Assembly: GCF_006345805.1 (NCBI RefSeq)
Contig: NC_043000.1
Coordinates: 25,792,001 to 25,856,000 of the forward strand
Direction: 5' to 3'
Origin: Octopus sinensis
Lineage: Eukaryota
Length of the DNA stretch: 64,000 nt
The notes below the pieces were generated by a model that was not told the origin of the DNA, did no database searches, and was given only the letters and a program-made list of their open reading frames with translations. Shown one piece after another: positions 37,003-49,330 of the stretch. Every line of letters starts with the position of its first letter. The first letter of the stretch is position 1. The position numbers were made by a program, and so were the translations under genes.

Positions 37003-37280
37003 ATAGAATAATGTGGGAAATACGAAGTTTGTGGTCAATGAAGAGAGCAGACGTGACAGAAATAGTAATTGGTGCACTTGGAAGTATCAGCACTCAACTA
37101 GCAACATGGTTGAAAAAGATCGGTGCAGGTGTGAAGGTAGAACACCTACAAAAATCAGCATTGCTTGGAAACGCAAGAATTCTTTGCAGGGTTCTCGAAG
37201 CCTGGACAGTAAAACAAGTGTCACCTTAGTCTGCTAGCTGTATACAGCTGACACTTTCCATCATACCCAGCAAAATAAGC
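37003..37280 (+). mobile_element. REL-endonuclease LINE 3' end
   Basis: IMWEIRSLW...IVIGALGSI...LQKSALLGNARIL; 3' UTR related to the copy at 35665. Confidence 0.75.
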
Positions 37281-37498
37281 TGTGCGTTTTCATATTCTTT
37301 TATTCTTTTACTTGTTTCAGTCATTTGACTGCGGCCATACTGGAGCACTGCTTTTAGTCGAACAAATTGACCCAGAGTTTATTCTTTGTAAGCCTAGTAC
37401 TTATTCTATCAGTCCATTTTGCCGAACCGCTAAGTTACGGGGACATAAACACACCAGCATCAGTTGTCAAGTAATGTTGGGGGACAAACACAGGCACA

Positions 37499-37625
<127 letters not shown>

Positions 37626-37633
37626 CATATATA

Positions 37634-37850
37634 AAGGCGGCGAGCTGGCAGACTCGTTAGCACGCCGGGCAAAATGCGTAGCCGTATTTCGTCTGCCGTT
37701 ACGTTCTGAGTTCAAAGTCCGCCAAGGTCGACTTTGCCTTTCATCCTTTCGGGGTCGATAAATTAAGTACCAGTTACGCCCTGGGGTCGATGTAATCGAC
37801 ATAATCCGTTTGTCCCCTCTGTGTTTAGCCCCTTGTGGGCAGTAGTGAAA
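37634..37850 (+). mobile_element. SINE family B inserted in the microsatellite of a minus-strand family A SINE (37290-38030)
   Basis: Head GGCGGCGAGCTGGCAGACTCG, B box GAGTTCAAAGTCC. Confidence 0.85.
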
Positions 37851-38443
37851 TACATATATATATATACATATACGACAGGCTTCTTCCAGTTTCCGTCTAC
37901 CAAATCCACTCACAAGGCTTTGCTCGGCCTGAGGTTATAGTAGAAGACACTTGCTCAAGTTGCCACGCAGTGGGACTGAACCCATGACCATGTGGTTGGA
38001 AGCAAGCTACTTACCACACAGCCACTCCTACACCTATATATATAATAATAATATAAAGGTTTCAAATTTTGGTACAGGGCCAGCAATTTTAGGGGATGGG
38101 TAAATCAGTTATATCAAGCCCTGTGCTCAACTGGTACTTATTTTATCGACCCCGAAAGGATGAAAGGGAAAAGTCAACCTTGGCGGAATTTGAGAGCATA
38201 AAAACAGACAAAATGCTTAGCAATATTTTGCTCACCATGCTGTTCTTTCACACATAGGCAAAAGGGCTGGGGTTTTGGGGGACAGGTAGTCAATTATATC
38301 AACCCCAGTGTTGTACTGGTACTCAATCTATCAACCCCTAAAGGGATAAAAGGCAAAAATCAACCTTGGTGGAATTTGAACTCAGAGCATAAAGAGCCAG
38401 GAGACGTGCAGACAGACAGACAAACAGATAGACAGAAAGCCAG

Positions 38444-38451
38444 ACAGATAG

Positions 38452-38491
<40 letters not shown>

Positions 38492-38544
38492 GTGAGAGAG
38501 ATACAGATAGATTGATAGATAGACAGACAGACACACACACACAC

Positions 38545-38629
<85 letters not shown>

Positions 38630-38698
38630 AAGAGAGAGAGACACAGACAGATAGATAGAAAGACAGACAGACAGACAGAGAGAAAGAGAGAGAGATGC

Positions 38699-38787
<89 letters not shown>

Positions 38788-38804
38788 TAGATAGATAGAT
38801 AGAT

Positions 38805-38881
<77 letters not shown>
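38444..38881 (+). repeat. Compound (GATA)n/(GACA)n/(GA)n microsatellite
   Basis: Direct reading. Confidence 0.95.
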
Positions 38882-38883
<2 letters not shown>

Positions 38884-39544
38884 TTGTACTTAAAAATCAG
38901 TTTTCTTCTTTCTTACTTTCCAATTGTTTTTTTTATTTTTATTCCTTTCAAACACTTAAATACATACTCTACAATGAAGTAAATGGTAATGTAAGAAATA
39001 AATAGCTAGAAATCAGGAAAATGTCAACACCCCTGCTGCTAATTCCATATTCAGTTACCATGGTTGTATTCCTCATTCTTCTGCCAAAATCCAACATTCT
39101 ATGTCAATATCTCAAAAAGACCAGAGATAGCTGAATGGATAAAATATAAAACTAGAAACTAAAGACAGTTTGTAAAAGAGTCTAAGAAAGCTAACTGCCA
39201 TGAAGAATGAGGAATCTGATATTTTAGGCCCTTGTCTTTTGCTTGAGAGTGAAGTAAGGAAGATGGGTGGTGCCACTTTGGTTGCAGGCAGACAAACCAT
39301 TTGTTGTTTCTCTGCAAGTCGTAAGCAGTGACAGGAAAGGCATCCAGTCGTAAAAATGCTGCCACAGAAAACATCTCTAACTCATGCCAGGAGGGAAAAA
39401 AGGGAACACTAGGTGATGTTTGACAATGATAATGATGATGATGATGAGGAGGAGGAGGAGGGGGTACAGCAATTACAATGCTCGTGATGACAATGATAAT
39501 GGTGATGACAAATGTGTGTGTGTATGCATATATGTTTATATATA

Positions 39545-40143
39545 TCAGGAAGACATGGGATGAGGTGGTCAAGCATGACCTTCAAATGTTGGGTCTCACA
39601 GAGGCAATGACAAAAGACCGAGACCTCTGGAAATATGCTGTGACTGTGAAGACTTGACAAATAATGTGAGTTCATGGCTGTTTCCTGCACCAGCTTCACA
39701 TAGAAGCCCCGGCCCATCCAAAGTGCCTTGGACCGTAGAGCGACCTGCTGTGCTTGAAGAGACCGATTAAGTCAAGTACATCAACATCAAAAATCAAATG
39801 GAAATTGTAATTGTGATACCTGTGCCAGTGGCACATAAAAAGCACCATCCGAACGTGGCCGATGCCAGCGCCGCCTTGACTGGCTTCCGTACTGGTAGCA
39901 CATAAAAAGCACCAGCCGATCATGGCCGTTACCAGCCTCGCCTGGCACCTGTGCCGGTGGCATGTAAAAAGCACCCACTACACTCATGGAGTGGTTGGCA
40001 TTAGGAAGGGCATCCAGTTGTAGAAACACTGCCAGATCAGACTGGAGCCTGGTGCAACCTCCTGTCTTCCCAGACCCCAGTCAAACCATCCAACCCATGC
40101 TAGCATGGAAAATGGACGTTAAACAATGATGATGATGATGATG
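39545..40143 (+). mobile_element. RTE 3' end: ORF terminus plus complete 3' UTR and (GAT)n tail
   Basis: KTWDEVVKHDL-type coding end contiguous with the ubiquitous (GAT)n-tailed repeat, identifying that repeat as a LINE 3' UTR. Confidence 0.85.
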
Positions 40144-40166
40144 ATATATATGTATATGTATATATA

Positions 40167-41439
40167 TTGGGTCATCCCATAAATAATGCATTTTTTCCAA
40201 ATGCATGAATTAAAAGTTGGAGGAGGACAAGATAAACTACCTGCATCAACTTGCTATAAAAGCAGGTAGTAATTTTACCTTATTCTTAGTGCAAGTTTTG
40301 AAGAGTGCAGTTCAATTCTAACAGTTATTTTTTCAAAGCTATAATGGAAGTGACAAAGGAGCATATTCGGTTTATTTTGCTTTATGAGTTCAATAAAGGT
40401 AACAACGCAATGGAAAGTGCGAGGAATATTAATGCAGTAAATGGGGATCGTACAATAAGCATAAGCCAGTGTCAATGATAGTTCCAAAAATTCCAAGCCA
40501 GAAACTACTGCCTAGAAGATGAGCCTATCCTTGAAGATCTATAGAGCTTGATGAGGACATCCTTCAAACCTTGGTGGAACAAAATCCTATCGTAACTCTT
40601 GAGGAACTAGCAGAGGATCTTGGATTTGGTCATTCAATCATTCATCAACACCTGCTCGCCATCAGAAAAGTCAGCAAATTGGGTCAATGGGTTTTTCACA
40701 AACTTTCAAAGTCTAATCACATGCAGAGAGTGAATGTGTGCTCTTCTTTACTGTCATGTCTCACGAATAAACCATTTTTGGACCGAATAGTGACTGGTGA
40801 TGAGAAATGGGTTCCCTATAAAAATGTCAAGCCCCAAAGACAGTGGGTAGGGAAAGGAAAAACACCAGGCTAAAAAAGGTCTTCACCCACGTAAGGTGTT
40901 GTTATCTGTTTGGTGGAATATGAAAGGTTTAGTCCACTTTGAACTTTTAAACCCAAACCAAACTATAACAAAGGAGATCTTCTGTGGGCATCTTGATCAG
41001 CCTAAGTTAGCGCTAGAAGAAAAACGACCATCTGTGGTTTCAAGGCAAAAAGTGTTCTTTGATTAGGATAATGCTCAGCCACATACAACAAGGATGACAT
41101 TCCAAAAGCTGAAGCAGTTTGAATGGGAGACAATGTCCCACTCACCATATTTGCTGGACATTACCCTTTCTGATTATCATTAATTACACAGTCTTTAAAA
41201 TCATTTGGATGGAAAAAATATGAATTCTGTAGACGAGGCCAGAACAGTACTGGAGGAGTGTTTTCCATCACAGACAAATGAATTTTGGAAGAGGGTCTTT
41301 GCAAATCTACTAGATAGATGGAAGAGCATTGTAGAAAATGAAGGAGAGTATATTTTAGATTAAAAAAGAACTTTGTTTATCTTAATTTTGAAAAATAAGA
41401 GAAGTATAAAAAGCCACATTTTTTTGAAGGAAGACCCAA
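40167..41439 (+). mobile_element. Full-length decayed mariner (D,D34D-type) transposon, 1273 bp
   Basis: TIRs TTGGGTCATCC / GGAAGACCCAA with TA on both sides; motifs QWVFHKL, IVTGDEKW, DNAQPH, SPYLLDITLSDYH; several stops and frameshifts. Confidence 0.9.
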
Positions 41440-42756
41440 TAAATGTATACATACATATGCATGTGGATATGTGTGTGTGCTTGTGTTTATTTTTCACCAC
41501 TTGACAACAGGTGTTAGTTTGTTTACATCCTCATAACTTAGCAATTCAGCATAAGGGACTGACAAAATATGTACCAGACTTAAAATATTAAGTAGAATTG
41601 ATTTGATCAATTAAACCCTTCACAGCAGTATCCCAGCATGGCCACAGTCTGTAATAAAAGAACACAGAATCCTTCTAATTGTCCCCTAATTTCTTACACT
41701 TCAAACATTTCTAAACTGGGGAAATCCATTCTTTTCTTCTGATTTTATTTTCTTAAATATTTTCAATCCCTTTTCCTTTTTTAATTGCAGACATTCTTTA
41801 ATAGCTGTCCAACCCATGCCAGCATGGAAAATAGAGGTTAGATGATGGTGATGATGATGATGATGATGAGGAGGAGGAGGAGGACGAAGACGACGACAAT
41901 GACAACAACGACGACAATGACGAGGAGGAGGATGATGATGATGATGATGACGACAATGGTGTGGTGGTGGTGGTGGTGGTAGTGGCGGCGGCGGTGGTGG
42001 CGGTGGTGGTGGTGGTGGTGGTGGTGATGGAGGTGGTGTTGGTGTTGGTGGTACTTGTGGTGGTGATGGTAGTGGTGGTGGAGGAGGAGGAGGAGGAGGA
42101 GGAGTGGAGGAGGAGGTTGTGGTGTTCGTGGGGGGGCGGCTTCCATATTCAGAGATGTATGAGTCAGTGCTGGCCTTCTTGGTCCCGACTGAAAGACTTC
42201 TGGGGTATCTGTTCAGCTTATGAGAGGGGCAATCAAAACCTGCTCTGGCCAGTACTTAAGCACTGACCTTCACAGAGTTTTGAACTCAGAACACAAAGAC
42301 AAGTGAAATGCCACAACGCATTTTGCTCAGCATTCAGGGGGACAATAGATATATGTGAGATTTACCAAAAAATCACAGAACTCATTCCTATATTTTATTA
42401 ACAATCCCAACCATCTTAACCTAATTTCATGTCCTATTTTATCAAAATTTCTAATAAAATAAAAACTGTTTTTGAGAGAGAATATATTCTTATGAAAAAC
42501 AATAAAATAACTTATTTTGAAAACAGCAAATTGCATTTGCTCTCAAAAACAATTTTTTATTGAATTTCATTAAACAACACCTGCTCATCAGTGTTGGGCA
42601 TGGCTGAGTGGTTGAAAAGTTCATTTACATCCACGTGGTTTCTGGTTCATTTCCACTGTATGGCACTGTCTTCCACTGCAGCCTAATAATTAACAAGGGA
42701 AGGAATTTAGTAGAAAGGAAATCTGTTGTGTGTGCATATATATATATATATAATAT

Positions 42757-42786
<30 letters not shown>

Positions 42787-42787
<1 letters not shown>

Positions 42788-43056
42788 TATTTTATAGAAG
42801 GAGCTTCTACAGGACTAGAACTGTTTCATTCAAATGAAATCATCAGGAAGCTTGGTGTCAAGAATAGTTTTGGCATTTATACATTTGCCTAAATGTATAA
42901 ATGCCAAAACTATTCTTGACACAAGCTTCCTGATGATTTCATTTGAATGAAACAGTTCTAGTCCTGTAGAAGTTCCTTCTATAAAATAAATTAATTTACT
43001 CTGCTATGTATTGAGTACCTTATTTACTGTGGTTAACCCCGACTCAACCCGGGACC

Positions 43057-43060
<4 letters not shown>
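42787..43060. mobile_element. Penelope-type foldback (about 100-bp arms) with intact hammerheads on both strands
   Basis: Inverted repeat 42787-42989, loop 42887-42890; hammerheads at 42801-42851 (-) and 42925-42973 (+). Confidence 0.8.
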
Positions 43061-43092
<32 letters not shown>

Positions 43093-43333
43093 TTTAAGGG
43101 TGTCATGAAAGGCCTGTTTGGGGGCCCGCCTTTCCAAGTTCTTTTATAAGGCTTAGAAAAACTGAAGGACCACTGCAATTTGTGAGTGAATCTGAGAGGG
43201 GAATATATTGAATAAAATCATAATTAATTGATCCTCGTGTATTTTCTGTTACCAAAAGACAGAAACTTTTCAGCACCCCCTTGTATATACAGATATATAC
43301 ATATATACACACATATAAATATATATATAATAC

Positions 43334-43401
<68 letters not shown>

Positions 43402-44229
43402 TATACATGTACACACACACACACACACATATTGTTTATATCATAAGAATTTAGAAACTTTGAGAGAATGTGAAATAATTTGTAGAATATTTACTGAAGT
43501 GGGTTCAAGTTGCATGGGCAGCCTTCATCTTTTTCAATCTAAGGGGCTTTTTAATTCAATATTTACACACTGTTATGTATAGCTCTATCTACATTGAATT
43601 CCAGATATAATTAAATTTTACTCACACACATACACACACCCAACTCCTCTCCCATCCCCCTCATAATATCTTGACCACAACTAATGCTCCTTTATTGACA
43701 TTTTTTTTCATTACCTTACACTTCTTTCATTTTCTCTTATTGTTTTCATCTTCTCTTCCTCTTTCCTTCTTCTTTACTCACCTTTTCCTTTTACCTCTCT
43801 CACTTCGTTTTAACATACACATCTCTTCTCCCCTCTCTATCCACTTAATACTACCGCTACATTCTCAAATTTTCATTCACACCACAAAACCCCTTTGAAT
43901 GAACAGCACATGGAATCTACATCTCCACACTTTCCATTTGTGATGACAAAATGTGAAACCGTATTGGAATTTACATACCACAGACAGGAAGCATTTCTAC
44001 CTTGGATAATGGAACTGCAACTGTAACATCTGGCGGTGCCCCAGCATGGCCACAGCTCATAAGCTGAAACTGGAAAAATCAAATCAATCAAATCAATCTT
44101 TATACATTTTTATTTTTATTTCTACATTCATTCTCCTATTTCCCTATATACTCCTTATTTGCTTCCTTTTCCAAAATAACTCCTTATACTGAACTCTAAT
44201 ATTTCCCTCTATTTAACCATCACACATCA

Positions 44230-44275
44230 TCTCTGATGAAGGGATATTCCTAATATCCCAGAAACAGCTGTAAGA
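44230..44275 (+). ncRNA. Minimal type I hammerhead ribozyme motif
   Basis: tct CTGATGA A GGGATATT CCT AATATCCC A GAAAC AGCT GTA aga. Confidence 0.75.
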
Positions 44276-44489
44276 CTAACTTTCTCTTTATAAATGTCCT
44301 GAAAATTCCACAGTCTTGGCTTTGCTGTCTCATTTCATTTAACATATATACGTATGTATGTATGTATGTATGTATGTATGTATGTATGTATGTATGTATG
44401 TATGTATGTATGTACGTATGTATGTATATATGCATGTATGCACGCATGTATGTATGTATGTATGTATGTATGTATATATGTATGTCTGT

Positions 44490-44524
<35 letters not shown>

Positions 44525-44883
44525 CATGTATGTATGTATGAATACATGCATGCATGCATGTATGTATGTAATCAGGCAAACTACGAGGAATTTTGTGTAG
44601 CTCTGCGTTGGCAAGACTTGAAAGAATATAGAAAGAAGTGAAAGGGGTACGGTGAACTTGCCATGAGGAGTGGAATATCCAACATTTCGGATGCCATCCT
44701 TCGTCAGTGGGTAGAGAAAGAGAGAAGAAGAAAGACAGAGTTTTTAACATCCGCTCAGCTTGAAAAACTGGCTGCAGCTGATAATGGACACAGAATAACA
44801 CAGGCTGCAAATGAGAAACAGAAGTTATAGGGTAGGGCATGCAGAAAGGAGGAGGAGGAAAAGAATGACGGAGAGAGTTGGAA

Positions 44884-45261
44884 GCACTCCGTCGGTTACG
44901 ACGACGAGGGTTCCGGTTGATTCGAATCAACGGAACAGCCTGCTCGTGAAATTAACGTGCAAGTGGCTGAGCACTCCACAGACACGTGTACCCTAAACGT
45001 AGTTCTCGGGGATATTCAGCGTGACACAGAGAATGACAAGGCCGGCCCTTTGAAATTCAGGTACAACAGAAACAGGAAGTAAGAGTGAGAAAAAGTTGTG
45101 GTGAAAGAGTACAGCAGGGATCACCACCATCCCCTGCCGGAGCCTCGTGGAGCTTTAGGTGTTTTCGCTCAATAAATACTCACAACGCCCGGTCTGGGAA
45201 TCGAAACCGCGATCCTATGACTGCGAGTCTGCTGCCCTAACCACTGGGCCATTGCGCCTCC
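44884..45261 (-). mobile_element. Complete tRNA-derived SINE family C
   Basis: Head GGAGGCGCAATGGCCCAGTGGTTAGGG...GGTTTCGATTCC; second, decayed copy at 51172-51526. Confidence 0.85.
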
Positions 45262-45736
45262 AAAACGGAGAGAGTAAAGGTAAGTAAATACGAGAATGTT
45301 GCTGAGAGAGGGTGGAAGGAGGATTAAAAAGGTTAAAAAAGAATTAAGAGGAGGTGAAATGATGAACGGTAAAACTTTCATTCGTATCTGTCGGGGATAC
45401 AGTACCAAGATCAAATATGAGACATTGCTCCTTTCGTTTCCTAGAGAAGTGGGGTCCATGGTACAAGGCCATGCCACCCACCAATAAATCTTCAATAGAA
45501 TAATTCACAGTATCGAAGTGGGTGGCAACAGGCTGGCCTGGCATATGTAACATTATGCTTCTGATGTGTTCACAAAAGCAGTCCCTAAGGTGCCACCCTG
45601 TTTTCTCCAATGTAAAGGGCATCGCAGAGCTTGCATATGATGCAATATATGAGATTCAGCAAAGTGCAAAAAAAGTGGTGTGTTATATGATATTGCATCT
45701 TGGGGCCCCATGATGGTGGTAATATTGTTGATGTAG

Positions 45737-46152
45737 AGGGCGGTGAGCTTGCAGACTCATTAGCATGCCAGGCTAAATACTCAGCGGTATTTTGTCTGCC
45801 GTTACCTTCTGAGTTCAAATTCCGCCTAGGCGGCGTTGCCTTTCATCCTTTCAGGGTCGATTAAATAAGTACCAGTTACGCAATGGGGTTGATATAATCG
45901 ACTTAATCCCTTTGTCTGTCCTTGTTTGTCCTCTCTGTGTTTAGCCCCTTGTGGGTAGTAAAGAAATAGGTATTTCATCTGCCATTACGTTCTGTGTTCA
46001 AATTTTGCCAAGGTCGACTTTGCCTTTCATCCTTTCGGGATCGATTAAATAAGTACCAGTTACACACTGGGGTCGATGTAATCAACTTCATCCCTTTGTC
46101 TGTCCTTGTTTGTTCCCTGTTTGTTTAGCCCCCTGTGGGCAATAAAGAAATA
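45737..46152 (+). mobile_element. Tandem SINE family B pair with 16-bp TSD
   Basis: AATATTGTTGATGTAG at 45721-45736 and 46153-46168. Confidence 0.85.
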
Positions 46153-46841
46153 AATATTGTTGATGTAGGGGGCATGTGTTACATCATCAGTGAGAATGTT
46201 TAAAGGTTCCTGGTTGTGCTGAGCTGGGAGCTGTGAAGCTTCTAGCACGATCTCTAAGACTCTATCCTTTTTAAAAGACAAGAGAGGCAATGTGGGAAAC
46301 ATAGGGGTGGCTGTTGGATCAGAAAGAAGGAGGCAAAAGTTGTGGGTGAATTTGTATTTTAGAGGGAGGATGGCCGGGTGGTAGGTGAGAGAGAGTGGAA
46401 TATAGTCAGTGGAAGTGTGTGAAGATGGCTGGAGAGCTGCGGTGCAGTTGATGACTTGGGCTTGGTGGAGTGCCGGGCCGACAACTGATGGAGATTCAGA
46501 AAAAACTGTCACATCGTTTTACAATGGGATTTGAAATCCAAATCTACACTGCAAAGTCATCAAAAGTGAAGAAATTGAGAGAAAGGTACGGCAGATTTAA
46601 TGTGTTTGGGGTGAGAGAAAGAGTAATGAAGACGGTAGCGAAAGTCAGTAGGTTTATAGTAGACACAATAAATATATATATACACATAATGGCTGTGTGG
46701 TAAGGAGCTTGCTTCCCAACCACATGGTTCCAGGTTCAGTCCCACTGTATGGCACTTTGGGCAAGTGTCTTCTATTATAGCCTCGGGCTGACCAAAGCCT
46801 TGTGAGTGGATTTGGTAGACAGAAACTGAAAGAAGCCCATC

Positions 46842-46875
<34 letters not shown>

Positions 46876-46952
46876 TCATCATCATCATCATCATCGTTTA
46901 ACGTCCGTTCTCCATGCTAGCATGGGTTATATATATATATATATACGTATAT

Positions 46953-48204
46953 ATACTTTGTATTGCATTACTGATATTTTGAAACTTCTTCACCGTTTCT
47001 CGTACTGTTAGCGTTCCGTATTTCAGTCGAGTGTGTTAGTATTTATGTGGTAACATCGTAGTTTCGTCTTGGTATATGTTTGGCTGAAGAAGGTAAAGCA
47101 AATATGGGTGAGAGACATATCTTGCAAAACCTGAAACCTGCAGGTACCACATTATCCATTTTCCGGGTGTTTCATCTTTCAGATGTTCTCCTGGAGGTAA
47201 GACGGTTTTTTTTCTCTATTTTGTTGCACACACGCATTTTTACTAATACATACGCGGTGAAGCTACACTTTAGCGTCGTATTTTTACGTTCGCTATTTCC
47301 AGTAAATATCGGTACTTTGTTGTGCCATTTATTACTAATTTGTGTATTTTTCCCTCACGGGCTACTTTTTACTGGAAGGCAATACTTTGTATTGCATTAC
47401 TGATATTTTGAAACTTCTTCACCGTTTCTCGTACTGTTAGCGTTCCGTATTTCAGTCGAGTGTGTGTTAGTATTTATGTGGTAACATCGTAGTTTCGTCT
47501 TGGTATATGTTTGGCTGAAGAAGGTAAAGCAAATATGGGTGAGAGACATATCTTGCAAAACCTGAAACCTGCAGGTACCACATTATCCATTTTCCGGGTG
47601 TTTCATCTTTCAGATGTTCTCCCTGGAGGTAAGACGGTTTTTTTTCTCTATTTTGTTGCACACGCGCATTTTTACTAATACATACGCGGTGAAGCTACAC
47701 TTTAGCGTCGTATTTTTACGTTCGCTATTTCCAGTAAATATCGGTACTTTGTTGTGCCATTTATTTACTAATTTGTGTATTTTTCCCTCACGGGCTACTT
47801 TTTACTGGAAGGCAATACTTTGTATTGCATTACTGATATTTTGAAACTTCTTCACCGTTTCTCGTACTGTTAGCGTTCCGTATTTCAGTCGAGTGTGTTG
47901 GTATTTATGTGGTAACATCGTAGTTCGTCTTGGTATATGTTTGGCTGAAGAAGGTAAAGCAAATATGGGTGAGAGACATATCTTGCAAAACCTGAAACCT
48001 GCAGGTACACATTATCCATTTTCCGGGTTTCATCTTTCAGATGTCTCCCTGGAGGTAAGACGGTTTTTTTTCTCTATTTTGTTGCACACACGCATTTTTA
48101 CTAATACATACGCGGTGATGAAGCTACACTTTAGTGTCGTATTTTTACGTTCGCTATTTCCAGTAAATATCGGTACTTTGTTGTGCCATTTATTTACTAA
48201 TTTG

Positions 48205-48205
<1 letters not shown>
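46953..48205 (+). mobile_element. Hammerhead-containing tandem array (retrozyme or Penelope pseudo-LTR), about 430-bp unit, 3 copies
   Basis: Units start at 46953, 47382 and 47815; hammerheads at 47081-47149, 47512-47580 and 47942-48010. Confidence 0.85.
47081..47149 (+). ncRNA. Type I hammerhead ribozyme, array copy 1
   Basis: tgg CTGAAGA AGGT-aaa-GCAA-ATATG-ggtgagaga-CATAT-c-TTGC-aaa-ACCT GAAAC CTGCAG GTA cca; all core nucleotides present. Confidence 0.85.
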
Positions 48206-48237
<32 letters not shown>

Positions 48238-48779
48238 TATATATGTATATATGTATATGTGTGTTTGTTATTTGTGTTTGTGTTTGTCCCCCCAGCATCG
48301 CTTGACAACCGATGTTGCTGTGTTTACGTCCCCGTCATTTAGCAGTTCAGCAAAAGAGACCGATAGAATAAATACTAAGGTAACAAAAAAATAAGTCCTG
48401 GGATTGATTTGTTCGACTAAAGGTGGTGCTCCAGCATGGCTACTGTCAAATGAGTGAAATAAATAAAAGAATTTTTTAAAATGTCATCATCATCATCATC
48501 TTGCATCCATTTTCCCTCTGCTCATTTGGTTAAATTGGTTAAATGGAAACTGTACTGAAGTTTATCATCTAGGTTTATATCTGATGTACCTTAACCTCAA
48601 CTCTAGTGGGGTCGCCATGCAGTTGGCAAAACTACAAACCCTAAGTGGGGAGGGGAACAAGAAATAATGGGGAGGGGGTAAAAGATGAGAAAAGAGCCAG
48701 AGTCGGTTTCTAGCAGAAGAAAAACTGCTCTACATGAAGTGGTAGGGGGGGAGGTGGAAGAGATAATGGTAGCAATGAA

Positions 48780-49330
48780 GAAGGTAGCAGCAGCAGCGGC
48801 GGGAGAAGCAACAGCAGCGGTGGAAGTGGTGACGGTTGTGGTTTGATGGCGGCAGCAGTGGTGGTGGTGGTGGCAACAGCAGTGGTGGTCATTGTGGTGA
48901 TGGTTGTAGTGGTTGTAGTGGTGGTGGTGGTGGTGGTGGTGGTGGTCGTCATCGTCGTTGTTGTTGTCGTCAATGTCGTTGTCGTCATTGTCATCATCAT
49001 CGTTGTCGTTGTGGTACTGGTGGTGGTGGTGGTGGTAGTGGTGGTAGTGGTGGTGGTGGTAGCAGTGGTGGTCGTCGTCGTCGTCATCGTGGTGGTAGCA
49101 GTGGTGGTGGTGATGGTAGCAGTGGTGGTGGTGGTGATGGTGGTAGCAGTGGTGCTGGTGGTAGCAGTGGTGATGGTGGTGGTGGTGGTGGTGGTAGAAG
49201 TACTGGTGGTGGTGGTAGCAGTGGTGGCAGTTCTGGTAGCAATGACAACCTCAGCAGTGGCAGCAGCAGCAGCGGAGGTGGTGAGGATAATGATGTTGAT
49301 GATGATGACAATGATGATGATGATGGTAAT
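48780..49330. repeat. Degenerate (GGT/AGT/GAT/AGC)n trinucleotide tract; similar tracts at 31337-31489 and 41843-42122
   Basis: Direct reading; source of the spurious poly-V/T/G ORFs. Confidence 0.9.

Larger units (their letters stand above)
44560..46560 (-). mobile_element. Decayed Penelope-like element (linker, GIY-YIG endonuclease, 3' region), interrupted by SINEs
   Basis: LIYCIICKLCDALYIGE, EHIRSI...PVATHF...KEQCLIFDLGTVSP; decayed hammerhead on the same strand at 44679-44710. Boundaries approximate. Confidence 0.75.

Noticed and set aside
42453-42562. Inverted repeat of about 22 bp with a 60-bp spacer
   Set aside because: Short, AT-rich and imperfect; plausible by chance.
45190-45261. 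tRNA-like sequence (also the heads of SINE families A and B)
   Set aside because: Continues into a repeated SINE body and lacks a convincing acceptor stem; not a tRNA gene.
47080-47403. 107-aa ORF in the array unit
   Set aside because: Non-ATG start, broken by indels in the other copies, no recognisable motif.
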